From an uncultured Thermoplasmata archaeon (GTDB taxonomy: Archaea > Thermoplasmatota > Thermoplasmata > UBA10834), in NCBI GenBank assembly GCA_963719945.1, contig CAVRDX010000001.1:640001-704000 (forward strand): a stretch of DNA of 64,000 nucleotides, given 5' to 3'. Position numbers and translations under genes: made by a program. The notes beneath the pieces are model-generated. The model searched no databases, was not told where the DNA came from, and saw only the letters and a program-made list of their open reading frames with translations. Below are positions 9,394 through 19,322 of this stretch, piece after piece. Numbering within the stretch: the first letter of the stretch is position 1; every line of letters begins with the position of its first letter.

Positions 9394-11098
9394 CTACGAA
9401 CAAGACGACCATTGCAAGCACAGGCACGAGAATCGTGGGGAATTCGGGGATCGCCTCAGCAGATACAGTGATAGTGACCGAATCAAGATCGTAGTTATCG
9501 GACTCATCTGTTACGTTCAGCACGACGACATATATCCCTTCAGACCAGAAACGGAACGTGGGTGACTCTCCGGTCAGTACTACTTCTGAACCGTTGTAGG
9601 TGAATGTCCATGTGTAGCTCGCAATCGGCTCGTAGCTCACTGAACCTGATCCATCGAATGCTACCAACTCACCGATGCTGATTGCCTGGTCCGGACCCGC
9701 ATCCGCCTCCGGATGATCAGACGACGGTAGCACGCTGAATGAATATACGTCATAAGGCGAATATCGAGGGCTCATCAGTTCCACACCCCCCAGGTCAGAC
9801 GCGATTACGTAATACTCGATCTCGCTCCCCGAGGGCTGAGATGGGATGGTGCCTTGGTACCTGTAGGCTGGATCAGAACTGGTCATTGGAATAACGGTCC
9901 ATGCCCCACCTTCGACCCTATAGACCAACTCGACCGCATCCGAATCCACTCCTCGATCAGCGGTGATGTCTGCAGTTACGACAAAACCATCGCTGTCGAA
10001 CTCGGAATCTGTGAGAGATGTGTGGACTATGCTGAAGGGCCGCTCCTCCCGATCGCCTGCAATCTCTATCGCAAGCAAGGCAGGTGGCACATTCTCACTC
10101 AGTATGCCTAGAACGTCGCTCTCGAAGTCAGGGTTGAAATCATGGCCGATCTCGAATAGTATCGAATAGACATCTGGACCACCATATAGCCAATCGAGAG
10201 TGTCGCCAGTCGTGGGGTATATCTCAGAGGATTGAAGCGCATCATATCCGTTGAGGGCCGCGAGTTCAATCCCGATCCGTTCGAGATCGACATCATCCTC
10301 GGCAGGGTCCAGTGTATAGCCCCAAGGCCATGCCACATCGTCACCGTAGGAATGGAAGTCGATACCGATCTGGAAATCGTGCGAAAGAGCAAGGTCTCGT
10401 ATTGCCTGGGTCTCTGGTTCTGAAAACGGATATTCGCCACAATACAAGTCATTGGAGGGGACATCAGACGTTCCGACGCCACCCCATTCACCCAAAGGAT
10501 CTCCATTCTCTGAACCAGCATAATTACGGTTAAGATCCACGCCATACGAGCCATCAAGGTTGTCTCGACGGTTCTTTCGCCACATGTCATCGTTCAGGAG
10601 GGAATAATCCAGTCCATCAGGGTTTACGACAGGAACGATCCATATCTCCCTGTTGTCCACGAGCCAGCTGATGCGGGTGTCTGAGCCATACTCATCAGTC
10701 AGGTTCTCGATTATCGCCAACGTGGTCGTGTATGTCGACCATTCCCTCGCGTGATGAAGAGACATTATCAAGATTTCGGGCTCATCCTCATCGACGGCCA
10801 CATTGTCAGAGATCTTGATTGCAAGTATGTCCCTATCGGCGATGCCTTCCGTCTTCTCCCACGAATCACCGATATCGACGACAAGAGCAATCTCAGAATG
10901 GTCCGATTCCGTCTCATCGAGATTCGCCTTGACTTGCGAGTAATCCATGTACTCATAGTACACAGGCGGTCCTGCGGTCAATGAGTCGCCAGTTGCAGCA
11001 TCCACGGGTTTCGGTATGAATGCTATGAATGCACCGCCAATCATGAATGCAATAGACAGTAACGATATGGAGAGGGTCAATCCCCCTTTCAGTGCCAT
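9371..11098 (-). CDS. Secreted M14 zinc carboxypeptidase with PKD domain and PEF-CTERM-like anchor
   Basis: N-terminal hydrophobic signal; HHAREW, NPDG, WRKNRR, GVDLNRNY, FSEPET, DFHSY; PKD (ADAGPDQ...FDGSGS...YTWTF); C-terminal IPEF + TM + RARRP. Confidence 0.92.
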   Translation of the reverse strand: MALKGGLTLSISLLSIAFMIGGAFIAFIPKPVDAATGDSLTAGPPVYYEYMDYSQVKANLDETESDHSEIALVVDIGDSWEKTEGIADRDILAIKISDNVAVDEDEPEILIMSLHHAREWSTYTTTLAIIENLTDEYGSDTRISWLVDNREIWIVPVVNPDGLDYSLLNDDMWRKNRRDNLDGSYGVDLNRNYAGSENGDPLGEWGGVGTSDVPSNDLYCGEYPFSEPETQAIRDLALSHDFQIGIDFHSYGDDVAWPWGYTLDPAEDDVDLERIGIELAALNGYDALQSSEIYPTTGDTLDWLYGGPDVYSILFEIGHDFNPDFESDVLGILSENVPPALLAIEIAGDREERPFSIVHTSLTDSEFDSDGFVVTADITADRGVDSDAVELVYRVEGGAWTVIPMTSSDPAYRYQGTIPSQPSGSEIEYYVIASDLGGVELMSPRYSPYDVYSFSVLPSSDHPEADAGPDQAISIGELVAFDGSGSVSYEPIASYTWTFTYNGSEVVLTGESPTFRFWSEGIYVVVLNVTDESDNYDLDSVTITVSAEAIPEFPTILVPVLAMVVLFVVIRARRP

Positions 11099-11205
11099 GC
11101 AGATATCACCTCAGCGTAAGTTCACTAGTACGAAGGATTCGAGTTGCATGTACATGATTGTGGGATGGTATATATGCAGATTCCCGTTGGCAAAGTGACT
11201 ACTGA

Positions 11206-11451
11206 CTAGCCCCCACTTACGGGTGGGAGAAACGAGACCTCGTCTCCCTCGCTCAGGACCCTAGCAGGAGCGCCATATTCTTTGTTCACTGAGAGGATAA
11301 TGTGCTCTTTGTAGCGCTCAAGAATTGGAAATCTAGCGATGTAAGCATCGAGAAGGTCCTTGACAGTTGCCCCCTTCGGAACCTCGATGTCCTCCTCCTT
11401 GGATCCGACAATCTCTCTAAAGGATGCGAATAACTTCACTTTGATCTTCAT
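11206..11451 (-). CDS. moaD: Ubiquitin-like sulfur carrier (MoaD/ThiS/SAMP1-like)
   Basis: MKIKVKLFASFREIVG...VN...GDEVSFLPPVSGG with a C-terminal GG; GAGGT Shine-Dalgarno (SD) before the ATG at 11451. Confidence 0.88.
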   Translation of the reverse strand: MKIKVKLFASFREIVGSKEEDIEVPKGATVKDLLDAYIARFPILERYKEHIILSVNKEYGAPARVLSEGDEVSFLPPVSGG

Positions 11452-11925
11452 TGAGTCAACCTCGGATTTTTGCTTAGGCAATCAACGTAAATAGAAACAT
11501 TCATATTCAAACCATCGGAATCGCATGAATGTACATGCATGATCATGATGAGCGTTTCACTGGAAATCGCGGATTCACCCTGTTATCACTATTCCTAGAT
11601 TATTTACATGAACATCAGATTTTTAAAAAGCAACTGGCGCGGTGCTTCGCTCACACACCTGATAACACACCTGATTATAATATATTCGCTCTGGAGTGGA
11701 ACGGATGGAAAATATGTTATCAAGTCGTGTTTGAAAACTTCTTTAAATCATGTTAGCCGATTGCCTAGTCTGCACGCAGCAGCAAGGCTTTTCGCCTCAA
11801 GTAAATAAACATCGAGGGGAAAAGGCGTTGCCTTCTCTTCATACAGTGAAGGGCAAGGCTATCAATCGGTGCATTCCACTTTCAGACACGCCGATCAGAG
11901 AGTGGGGATTCAAGAGGGGGACCAG

Positions 11926-14900
11926 ATGTCAAGTACACCCAAGTATCAGCAGGGGGATTCTGCCGCTTCGTCCATGAACAGACGACTGTCGACAGACTCG
12001 GGATGGGATCTCGAACCGCAGATAACCTCCAATGCGAGAACTGTTCTTGAGAGGAGATATCTGCGCAAGGATGACAAGGGTAATACAATAGAGACTCCCA
12101 AAGGATTGTTCGAAAGAGTTGCTAGAGCCATCGCTTCCGCTGAGAAGAATTATGGCAAAAGCGATGCAGAGGTCGACAAGATTGCATCCAAATTCTACGA
12201 GATGATGGCCAGGCTGGAGTTCGTGCCCAACAGCCCGACACTCATGAACGCAGGAAGGGACCTCGGCCAATTATCAGCGTGCTTCGTCCTCCCGATAGGA
12301 GATTCGATGGAGGAGATCTTCGATGCGATCAAATACACAGCGCTGATCCACAAATGCCTCGCCCCAGAAACGCTCGTCATGACAGACGCGGGGTGTAGGA
12401 TGCTCGGGACCATCGAACCTGGCACCTGGATTGAGACACACGAGGGGATGGACCTTGTAGAATCCAAGCATTCCAATGGCATTCAGGAGACATTTACATT
12501 AGAAACTGAAGAGGGTTACTGCATAACAGGCACCCCACTTCACAGGATCATGGTGAAGAACGACAGCGGGGATTTCTGCTGGCGTAAGATCGGTCAGATA
12601 TCGGAAGGAACCCGAGCAGTCATGAAACTGGGCGGATGGCTCGGCGGAATCGAGGTTGAAGTATCCCAGGACATTCTGGAACTTGCGAAATTCGGTGTCG
12701 ATGAACAGACCGTAAAGATTGATGAGCACGCGATGTGCGAATTCCTCAGGCGCACTTTCAGCGAACGGGGATGGATATCACCCAGGGGTGTGATTAGTGT
12801 AGATTTCATATCACACAGGCTCGCGTCACAGATCCAGGTCATCCTGTTCTACATAGGCGTTCCTGCAATAAGAAAGAACGAACAATTGACGATATGCACC
12901 AAATCCGGCCTCGAGGTCTTCAAGGAGAAGATCGGATTCGAATCCATGGTATTGACGAAGAGGCTCAGCGAGATCGACCCAGAAAGCATGGAGAAGGAGC
13001 TCAATAGCATGGGTTGCAGTCACGAAGAGCCAGACGACCAGGGCTACTTCCTAGTAAAAGTGAAGAACATCGTTCCTGCCGGGAAGAGAGAGGTCGTCGA
13101 TCTGACGGTTCCAGGAAGGCACTCATACCTCGCCAACGGGTTCGTCTCACATAACAGCGGTGGAGGGACGGGATTCAGTTTCTCGAGATTGAGGCCGGCT
13201 AGCGATTCCGTCAAGAGCACCGCGGGCGTCTCCAGCGGCCCGATATCATTCATGGAAGTGTTCAATGCCGCCACTGAGACCATAAAGCAGGGAGGCACCA
13301 GACGCGGGGCCAATATGGGGATTCTCCGCGTAGACCATCCGGATATATTCTCATTCATAACGAGCAAGAAGGACAGCACGAAACTCACCAACTTCAACAT
13401 ATCAGTCGCCCTGACGGACAAATTCATGGATGCGGTGGTGGAAGACACCGATTATGACCTCCTGAACCCTAGGACAAAGGAGGTCGCCTCCAGGATCAGA
13501 GCAAGAAAGATATTCGACATGATAGTCAACATGGCCTGGAGGAACGGAGAACCAGGCATCGTGTTCCTGGACAGGATGAACAGGGACAATCCCACACCGG
13601 AAGTTGGGGAGATAGAGAGCACTAACCCTTGCGGCGAACAGCCCTTGCTGCCCTACGAATCGTGCAATCTCGGCTCGATCAACCTTGCCAGGATCATCTC
13701 AACCAAGGATGGGAGGCAGGTCGTCGATTTCGAGAAGCTCAGAGACCTAGTCCATTGGTCAACCCGATTCCTCGACGATGTCATAGACGTGAACAAGTAC
13801 CCTCTCCCACAGATAGAGGAGATGACGAAGGGCAACAGGAAGATCGGATTAGGAGTCATGGGATTCGCGGACATGCTTCTGATAATGGGCATGCCTTACG
13901 ATTCGGATGAGGCGCTCGATCTCGGTCGCAAGATAATGAAGTTCATCAACGACGAGGGACACAAGGCATCGGTCGCCCTCGCCGTGGAAAGGGGGAGTTT
14001 CCCGAACTTCCAGGGGAGCACCTTGAAGCAGAGGTATGATCGGATCAGGAATGCGACAGTCACGACCATTGCTCCAACTGGCACGATAAGCATCATATCG
14101 GGGGCATCGAGCGGTGTCGAACCGATCTTCGCCGTGGCATATGTACGCAATGTGATGGACAAGGACATACTTCCCGAGGTGAACCCGATATTCGAAGCGA
14201 TGGCCCAAGGAAGAGGGTTCTACTCTGATGACCTCATGAAGGAGATAGCCGCGAAAGGGTCTCTGAAGGACGTGCGCGGTGTGCCAGAAGATGTGCAGAG
14301 GGTGTTCGTGACCGCACTGGACATCTCCCCTGAATGGCACATCAAGATGCAGGGCGCCTTCCAGGAGCACACTGACAACGCAGTATCCAAGACCGTCAAC
14401 TTCCCGGCCGAAGCAACACCCAAGGACGTCGAGAACGTCTACATGCGGGCCTATGAGCTCGGATGCAAAGGGGTTACCGTGTACAGGTACGGTAGCAGGG
14501 AAGACCAGGTTCTGAGCGTAGGTGGCGAGAGTGCCGCAGAGAAGATTGAGAGCGAAGGATCCCTAGAAGACGACCAATCGAAGGTGCCGCGAGCCAGACC
14601 TTCCGTGACCCGTGGGACGACCCAGAGGATGGAGACAGGTTGTGGCCACCTGTATATCACGATCAATGTCGACGAGAATGGATTGTGTGAGGTATTCACA
14701 CAGATGGGCAAATCTGGTGGGTGCACAGCATCCCAATCGGAGGCAATAGGGAGATTGATCTCCCTCGCCCTCCGTTCGGGCATAGATCCAGAGTCGATAA
14801 TCAAGCAACTCAGGGGGATAAGATGCCCTTCCCCGCTATGGCAACCTGGAGGGATGGTGCTGTCATGTAGTGATGCGGTCGCCAAGTCACTTGAGAGGTT

Positions 14901-15087
14901 CGTCAAGGACCTCGAGGTGTCGAAGGTCGACCAGCAGATCGCTTTGGCACAGAAACCAGAAACGGGCAAGCAGAACCATGTGGACAAGGGTGATGTCTGT
15001 CCAGAATGCCCTGAGTGTGGGAGCATGGTGGAATATGTCGAGGGATGCGTCGTATGCAGGACCTGCGGCTATTCTCGATGCTGGTGA
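11926..15087 (+). CDS. nrdJ: Adenosylcobalamin-dependent (class II) ribonucleotide reductase with intein and C-terminal TSCPD/zinc-ribbon domain
   Basis: PNSPTLMNAG, LSACFVL, QGGTRRGANM, TNPCGEQPL, SCNLGSINL, TIAPTGTIS, AVSKTVN, KGVTVYR; C-terminal CPECG...GCVVC--CGYSRC. Confidence 0.96.
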   Translation: MSSTPKYQQGDSAASSMNRRLSTDSGWDLEPQITSNARTVLERRYLRKDDKGNTIETPKGLFERVARAIASAEKNYGKSDAEVDKIASKFYEMMARLEFVPNSPTLMNAGRDLGQLSACFVLPIGDSMEEIFDAIKYTALIHKCLAPETLVMTDAGCRMLGTIEPGTWIETHEGMDLVESKHSNGIQETFTLETEEGYCITGTPLHRIMVKNDSGDFCWRKIGQISEGTRAVMKLGGWLGGIEVEVSQDILELAKFGVDEQTVKIDEHAMCEFLRRTFSERGWISPRGVISVDFISHRLASQIQVILFYIGVPAIRKNEQLTICTKSGLEVFKEKIGFESMVLTKRLSEIDPESMEKELNSMGCSHEEPDDQGYFLVKVKNIVPAGKREVVDLTVPGRHSYLANGFVSHNSGGGTGFSFSRLRPASDSVKSTAGVSSGPISFMEVFNAATETIKQGGTRRGANMGILRVDHPDIFSFITSKKDSTKLTNFNISVALTDKFMDAVVEDTDYDLLNPRTKEVASRIRARKIFDMIVNMAWRNGEPGIVFLDRMNRDNPTPEVGEIESTNPCGEQPLLPYESCNLGSINLARIISTKDGRQVVDFEKLRDLVHWSTRFLDDVIDVNKYPLPQIEEMTKGNRKIGLGVMGFADMLLIMGMPYDSDEALDLGRKIMKFINDEGHKASVALAVERGSFPNFQGSTLKQRYDRIRNATVTTIAPTGTISIISGASSGVEPIFAVAYVRNVMDKDILPEVNPIFEAMAQGRGFYSDDLMKEIAAKGSLKDVRGVPEDVQRVFVTALDISPEWHIKMQGAFQEHTDNAVSKTVNFPAEATPKDVENVYMRAYELGCKGVTVYRYGSREDQVLSVGGESAAEKIESEGSLEDDQSKVPRARPSVTRGTTQRMETGCGHLYITINVDENGLCEVFTQMGKSGGCTASQSEAIGRLISLALRSGIDPESIIKQLRGIRCPSPLWQPGGMVLSCSDAVAKSLERFVKDLEVSKVDQQIALAQKPETGKQNHVDKGDVCPECPECGSMVEYVEGCVVCRTCGYSRCW
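12355..13155 (+). mobile_element. Intein (267 aa) in NrdJ with a degenerate LAGLIDADG remnant
   Basis: Interrupts the conserved ALIHK|SGGGTG motif. Starts CLAPETLV, has block B GTPLHRI and block F VVDLTV, and ends YLANGFVSHN followed by Ser. Confidence 0.93.
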
Positions 15088-15113
15088 GTACAAAAGAGGG
15101 AACAGAAACATCT

Positions 15114-15159
15114 TGCACTCGGTCCCTGGGGGTGAGGGGCCGGTGCACATCAATTTTTT
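15114..15159 (+). terminator. GC-rich hairpin followed by a T-run downstream of nrdJ
   Basis: TGCAC-T-CGGTCCCT / AGGGGCCG-GTGCA stem, then TTTTTT at 15154-15159. Confidence 0.55.
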
Positions 15160-15406
15160 CCAATCAGCAAACGTGATTCTGAAAGGTATCCTACAGGTAA
15201 TGCCAACAGGGTTGAACCACGCGATGGGTGCATAGAGTGTGTGGCGTCGACAGCTCTGTCCTGTCACGGGCATGTTGGATGCAGGGACGGCGATTGAGCA
15301 TACTGCGATCTGTCAGCTCAGGGGCAGGGCCTTCGGCCCATCATTTATGAAAAGGGTTTACACCCCGATGCCCATCACCCAAGAGGATCGAAGGAAGCTG
15401 GAAATC

Positions 15407-16381
15407 ATGGATAGGCAGAGCAAGAGGATGATCAAGGACCTCAAGCCAGGCGAGAAGGTCGAGAGCTACTTTTCTGTGGCATATAAGAAGCCAGTCACCG
15501 AGTATAGATATGGCAACATGTTCGAGTTCAGGGCAGCTGACAGGACGGGGCAGATAACGGTCAAGTATTGGGGGGACGACGACAAAGGTTCGGTACAGAA
15601 GCTGCACGAATCCTTTGACAGAGACGATGTGGTCAGCATATCCGGCGAGGTCTCTGACTATAGGGGCCAGGTCGAGATATCTATAAGCAAGAAGAACGGA
15701 GGATCCATGACCGTGCTGGGAGAGGACGAGTATGAGATCTCCTCTCTGATACCGACCATCGACGGAATCGAGGAATTGAAGACCAGGTTGTTCACCATAG
15801 TCCTCCAGGTCGATGAACCATACATGAGGGAACTGCTACAATCATTCTTCCAGGATCCCGCGTTCATGAAGGAATTCTCCGCATGTCCCGCATCGATCCA
15901 GCTTCACTCGGCTGCATTCGGAGGGCTCATCCATCACACCCTGAATGTTACAGAGACTTGTATCCATCTCACACGGCAACACCCTGAGCTGGACAAGGAC
16001 CTGGTGATAACTGGCGCCCTGCTCCACGATATCGGAAAGGTCCGCAGTTTCAAGACCACGACCCACATCAACCAAACCCACGAAGGCAACCTCCTGGGCC
16101 ACATAGCCATCGGCGATGAAGAGCTCATTTCGCACATATCGGATATAGAAGGATTCCCAGATGACCTCCGGATGAAGCTGCGACATGTCCTGCTTTCCCA
16201 CCACGGCAAGAAGGAGTGGGGCTCACCTATCGATCCCATGATGCCTGAAGCGTTGGCGGTTCACGAGGCTGACGACACCGATGCCAAGATAGACTATATG
16301 ATATCCCGACGACGCGACGCTCAGACGGAAGACGACTGGATATGGGATCACAGGCTCGGAAGATTGGTCTATCTCAAGTGA
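15407..16381 (+). CDS. OB-fold + HD-domain nuclease (YhaM/Cbf1-like 3'-5' exoribonuclease)
   Basis: OB fold (DRTGQI...W), CPASIQLHSA--GGLIHHT, LLHDIGK, LLGHI, LSHHG--EWGSP--P--PEA. The start could be 15368. Confidence 0.88.
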   Translation: MDRQSKRMIKDLKPGEKVESYFSVAYKKPVTEYRYGNMFEFRAADRTGQITVKYWGDDDKGSVQKLHESFDRDDVVSISGEVSDYRGQVEISISKKNGGSMTVLGEDEYEISSLIPTIDGIEELKTRLFTIVLQVDEPYMRELLQSFFQDPAFMKEFSACPASIQLHSAAFGGLIHHTLNVTETCIHLTRQHPELDKDLVITGALLHDIGKVRSFKTTTHINQTHEGNLLGHIAIGDEELISHISDIEGFPDDLRMKLRHVLLSHHGKKEWGSPIDPMMPEALAVHEADDTDAKIDYMISRRRDAQTEDDWIWDHRLGRLVYLK

Positions 16382-16477
16382 CCCTAAGAGTAACAATCCC
16401 GGCACATATATGTGCATTGATGCGCGCAAAAGATATATAGTGTACGGACACTCCATATTCATATATGGAGGGGTACC

Positions 16478-17779
16478 TTGAGACCAGTGAAGACTGAACT
16501 TACACCTGAAGAGATGCCAAAGAGATGGTACAACATATTGCCAGACCTGCCGGAGCCACTAGATCCACCATTGCACCCGGGCACCAAGCAGCCGATTCAG
16601 TCATCTGATTTAGAGCCGATATTCCCGAAAGCACTCATTGCGCAGGAGATGTCCTCCGAGAGATACATCGACATCCCAGATGAGGTTCTGCAATCATACA
16701 TGCACATAAACAGGCCGAGCCCACTTCAGAGAGCCATAAGGCTAGAAGAGGCATTGAAGACCCCGGCCAAGATCTATTTCAAGAGAGAGGATCTCAGCCC
16801 TGCAGGCAGTCATAAGACAAACACCGCCCTCGCGCAGGTATACTATAACATGAAGGAAGGTGTAACGAAACTCACTACCGAGACTGGTGCTGGCCAATGG
16901 GGTACCGCGCTTGCGATGGCCACGAACTACTTCGGACTCAAGTGTCAAGTCTTCATGGTCAGGGCGAGCTACGATCAAAAGCCATACAGACGAGAGATGA
17001 TACGATTGTTCGGTGCGGAGGTGCACCCGTCGCCAAGCACCCTGACAGAGTTCGGCAACAAGCTCCTCGGCCAGAACCCGAATCATCCAGGATCCCTCGG
17101 CATCGCGATCAGTGAGGCGCTCGAGACATGCGTGAAGGACGGAAATGCGAAGTACAGCCTTGGAAGCGTCCTGAACCACGTGATGCTCCACCAGACTGTA
17201 ATCGGACAGGAAACTATCCTTCAGTTCCAGAAGCTCGGTGAGAAGCCGGATTATCTCATAGGGTGTGTCGGAGGAGGTTCTAATTTCGCAGGGTTCACAT
17301 TCCCGTTCATCGGACAGAAGTTGAAAGGGAAGATGGACACCGAATTCATCGCTGTGGAACCCACGGTCGTACCGACACTCACCAATGGCAAGTTCGAATA
17401 CGATTTCGGTGACACTGCGGGGATGACGCCGCTCCTCATGATGTACACCTTGGGTCACGATTTTGTGCCATCGCCAATCCATGCCGGAGGATTGAGATAC
17501 CATGGCGCAGCACCGACCGTTAGCGCCTTGGTCAAATCGAAGATGGTGAAGCCGGTTTCCTACCAGCAGAAGGAAGTATTCGATGCAGCAGTTATGTTTG
17601 CCAGGGCAGAAGGCATCATCCCTGCACCGGAGACGAGCCATGCGATAAAGGCGGCCATCGACCTTGCTCTAGAGGCAAAGAAGAACAACGAGGAGAAGGT
17701 CATCGCGTTCAACCTATCAGGACATGGCCTTATGGATCTGGGCGGATACCAGCAATACCTCGATGGGAAGATGGCGTAG
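16478..17779 (+). CDS. trpB2: TrpB2 (stand-alone tryptophan synthase beta-like PLP enzyme)
   Basis: [66 protein letters not shown]. Confidence 0.95.
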   Translation: MRPVKTELTPEEMPKRWYNILPDLPEPLDPPLHPGTKQPIQSSDLEPIFPKALIAQEMSSERYIDIPDEVLQSYMHINRPSPLQRAIRLEEALKTPAKIYFKREDLSPAGSHKTNTALAQVYYNMKEGVTKLTTETGAGQWGTALAMATNYFGLKCQVFMVRASYDQKPYRREMIRLFGAEVHPSPSTLTEFGNKLLGQNPNHPGSLGIAISEALETCVKDGNAKYSLGSVLNHVMLHQTVIGQETILQFQKLGEKPDYLIGCVGGGSNFAGFTFPFIGQKLKGKMDTEFIAVEPTVVPTLTNGKFEYDFGDTAGMTPLLMMYTLGHDFVPSPIHAGGLRYHGAAPTVSALVKSKMVKPVSYQQKEVFDAAVMFARAEGIIPAPETSHAIKAAIDLALEAKKNNEEKVIAFNLSGHGLMDLGGYQQYLDGKMA

Positions 17780-17791
17780 ACTAAAAACCGA

Positions 17792-17811
17792 AGCCGTTCT
17801 TTTGAGCGGCT
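17792..17811. terminator. Hairpin between convergent genes
   Basis: AGCCGTTC-TTTT-GAGCGGCT, with an A-run upstream and T-runs downstream. Confidence 0.5.
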
Positions 17812-17865
17812 AAACTCCATTTTACTATTTTCAATCAAAATTGATGAGATGCCTAGATTTCCACA

Positions 17866-18351
17866 CTAAGCAAAATAGGAATCCTGATCGCGACGCAAGT
17901 TCCTATACACTGATTTGTACTCCGGCCGCTGTAACATGTTCTTGACGCTCTGGTCCAGCTCCGCTTTCAATTCATCCTGCTTGGACCCATAATACTCATG
18001 ACGGAAGACATCGGTTATGTCGGAGGAGTACTGCTGCATGCCAAACATGATCACTGCCGAGGCATTCTGCGCCCTTGATATGACATTGAGAGGCACTGGT
18101 GCTCCTCCCTTGATCATATCGACCATGTCAGGGGACGGCCCTCCGACCTCGCGCGCGATCGCGACCGTATCCTTGGAGGAGATCTCCTTGGACTTTATCT
18201 GGAAGACCTTCTGATCAGTCATGATGAAAGTGTCGTAATTTGATGATACGTGGTCCCGGCCGCTGAGCGCACGCCACTCATTCTTGCGTTCGCTCTCGTC
18301 ATATTTCGCCTTCAGATAACGCATGAACTCATCTATGCCCTGGACATCCAT
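17866..18351 (-). CDS. Hypothetical protein (161 aa)
   Basis: GAGGTG SD 7 nt before ATG; protein-like composition; follows purC on the same strand; no family recognised. Confidence 0.7.
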   Translation of the reverse strand: MDVQGIDEFMRYLKAKYDESERKNEWRALSGRDHVSSNYDTFIMTDQKVFQIKSKEISSKDTVAIAREVGGPSPDMVDMIKGGAPVPLNVISRAQNASAVIMFGMQQYSSDITDVFRHEYYGSKQDELKAELDQSVKNMLQRPEYKSVYRNLRRDQDSYFA

Positions 18352-18410
18352 CTCATAACACCTCGGATTGCCAGACAACCGATAAGTCGCCGGTCCCATA
18401 CATGCGACCA

Positions 18411-19322
18411 CTACCTGTAGCTCTCGCCGGTGATCCTCTCGAACATATCGATGTAAAGTTCGGATATCGACTTTATCTTCTCTGCGGGCAACGAAGGCAT
18501 CTTCGGCTCCGGCTTTCCATGTTTCCTCGCATCGGTGAGCTTCGAATAATACCCTTTCTCGCGATAGTATTGACGAACGTTCTCCTTGCTGAGTTCGACG
18601 AACTCACCCTTGGAGTAATCGCTCCAATCCCACCAGCGGTCCTCATCAGCGGTGCCAAATGAATCTATTATCATGAGTTCGCGATTCTCATCGAATGCGT
18701 ACTCCTTCTTGCCATCCACATGAATGAGGTCTCTCTTCTCGACCTCTTCAGCGATCCTCTCGTCCAACTGCAAGGCAGATTCGACGATCCGTGCATATTC
18801 TCCTGTAGAAATGCTCGCGATCTTCATCGCCTCAGTCTTCGTGAGCAGTCTATCGACCTTCTCGAGCTTGGTGGTGACTTCAACATATGGTTCTGGCAGC
18901 TTGTCGCCGTACTTGATCTCCTTGCTGCCTTTGAATCCGAGCTTGCTAGGCTTGATCTCGCCGCTGCGGATCCTGTCCCACATGGATCCTGCCACGTAGT
19001 ATCTGCAGATCACCTCGAGCGGTATCAGACAGTTGTTCGTCTTCCTGGTAAGCTTAGATGATTGAATGACCTGGACCTGCTTGACACGCATCCTGTTGGG
19101 CGGTATGAACTCCTTGAAATGAGTCTTGATCCCGCAAGAACGCGCCACCTGGAACCAGAAAGCGCTGGTCCTGCAGAGTGTCTCACCCTTCTGAGGTATA
19201 AGGGATGGAATGATCTTATCGAACACGCTGATCTTGTCTGAGAATACGAATTCGAGCGTATGCGCATCGACTTCGTAGACATCCTTCACCTTTCCTTGAC
19301 GTATCAGCTTCATGTTGGCCAA
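18411..19322 (-). CDS. purC: SAICAR synthase
   Basis: GKVKDVY, FSDKISVFD, IPLEVICR, TTKLE, VDGKKE, DSFGTADEDRWW, SKENVRQY. Confidence 0.95.
   Translation of the reverse strand: MANMKLIRQGKVKDVYEVDAHTLEFVFSDKISVFDKIIPSLIPQKGETLCRTSAFWFQVARSCGIKTHFKEFIPPNRMRVKQVQVIQSSKLTRKTNNCLIPLEVICRYYVAGSMWDRIRSGEIKPSKLGFKGSKEIKYGDKLPEPYVEVTTKLEKVDRLLTKTEAMKIASISTGEYARIVESALQLDERIAEEVEKRDLIHVDGKKEYAFDENRELMIIDSFGTADEDRWWDWSDYSKGEFVELSKENVRQYYREKGYYSKLTDARKHGKPEPKMPSLPAEKIKSISELYIDMFERITGESYR

Noticed and set aside
11529-11977. Short ORFs in the AT-rich spacer before nrdJ; possible cobalamin riboswitch
   Set aside because: The ORFs overlap one another, lack motifs and have atypical codon usage. No B12-box or conserved riboswitch core was recognisable.
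16428-16443. Half-match to the bacterial NrdR box (ATATATAGTGT)
   Set aside because: Only one half matches, it coincides with the TATA box, and it lies before trpB2 rather than nrdJ.
16742-17641. Long antisense ORFs (e.g. 299 aa opposite trpB2, 200 aa opposite egsA, many opposite the TPR and repeat genes)
   Set aside because: These are shadow ORFs of well-supported genes, produced by codon bias, and carry no motifs.
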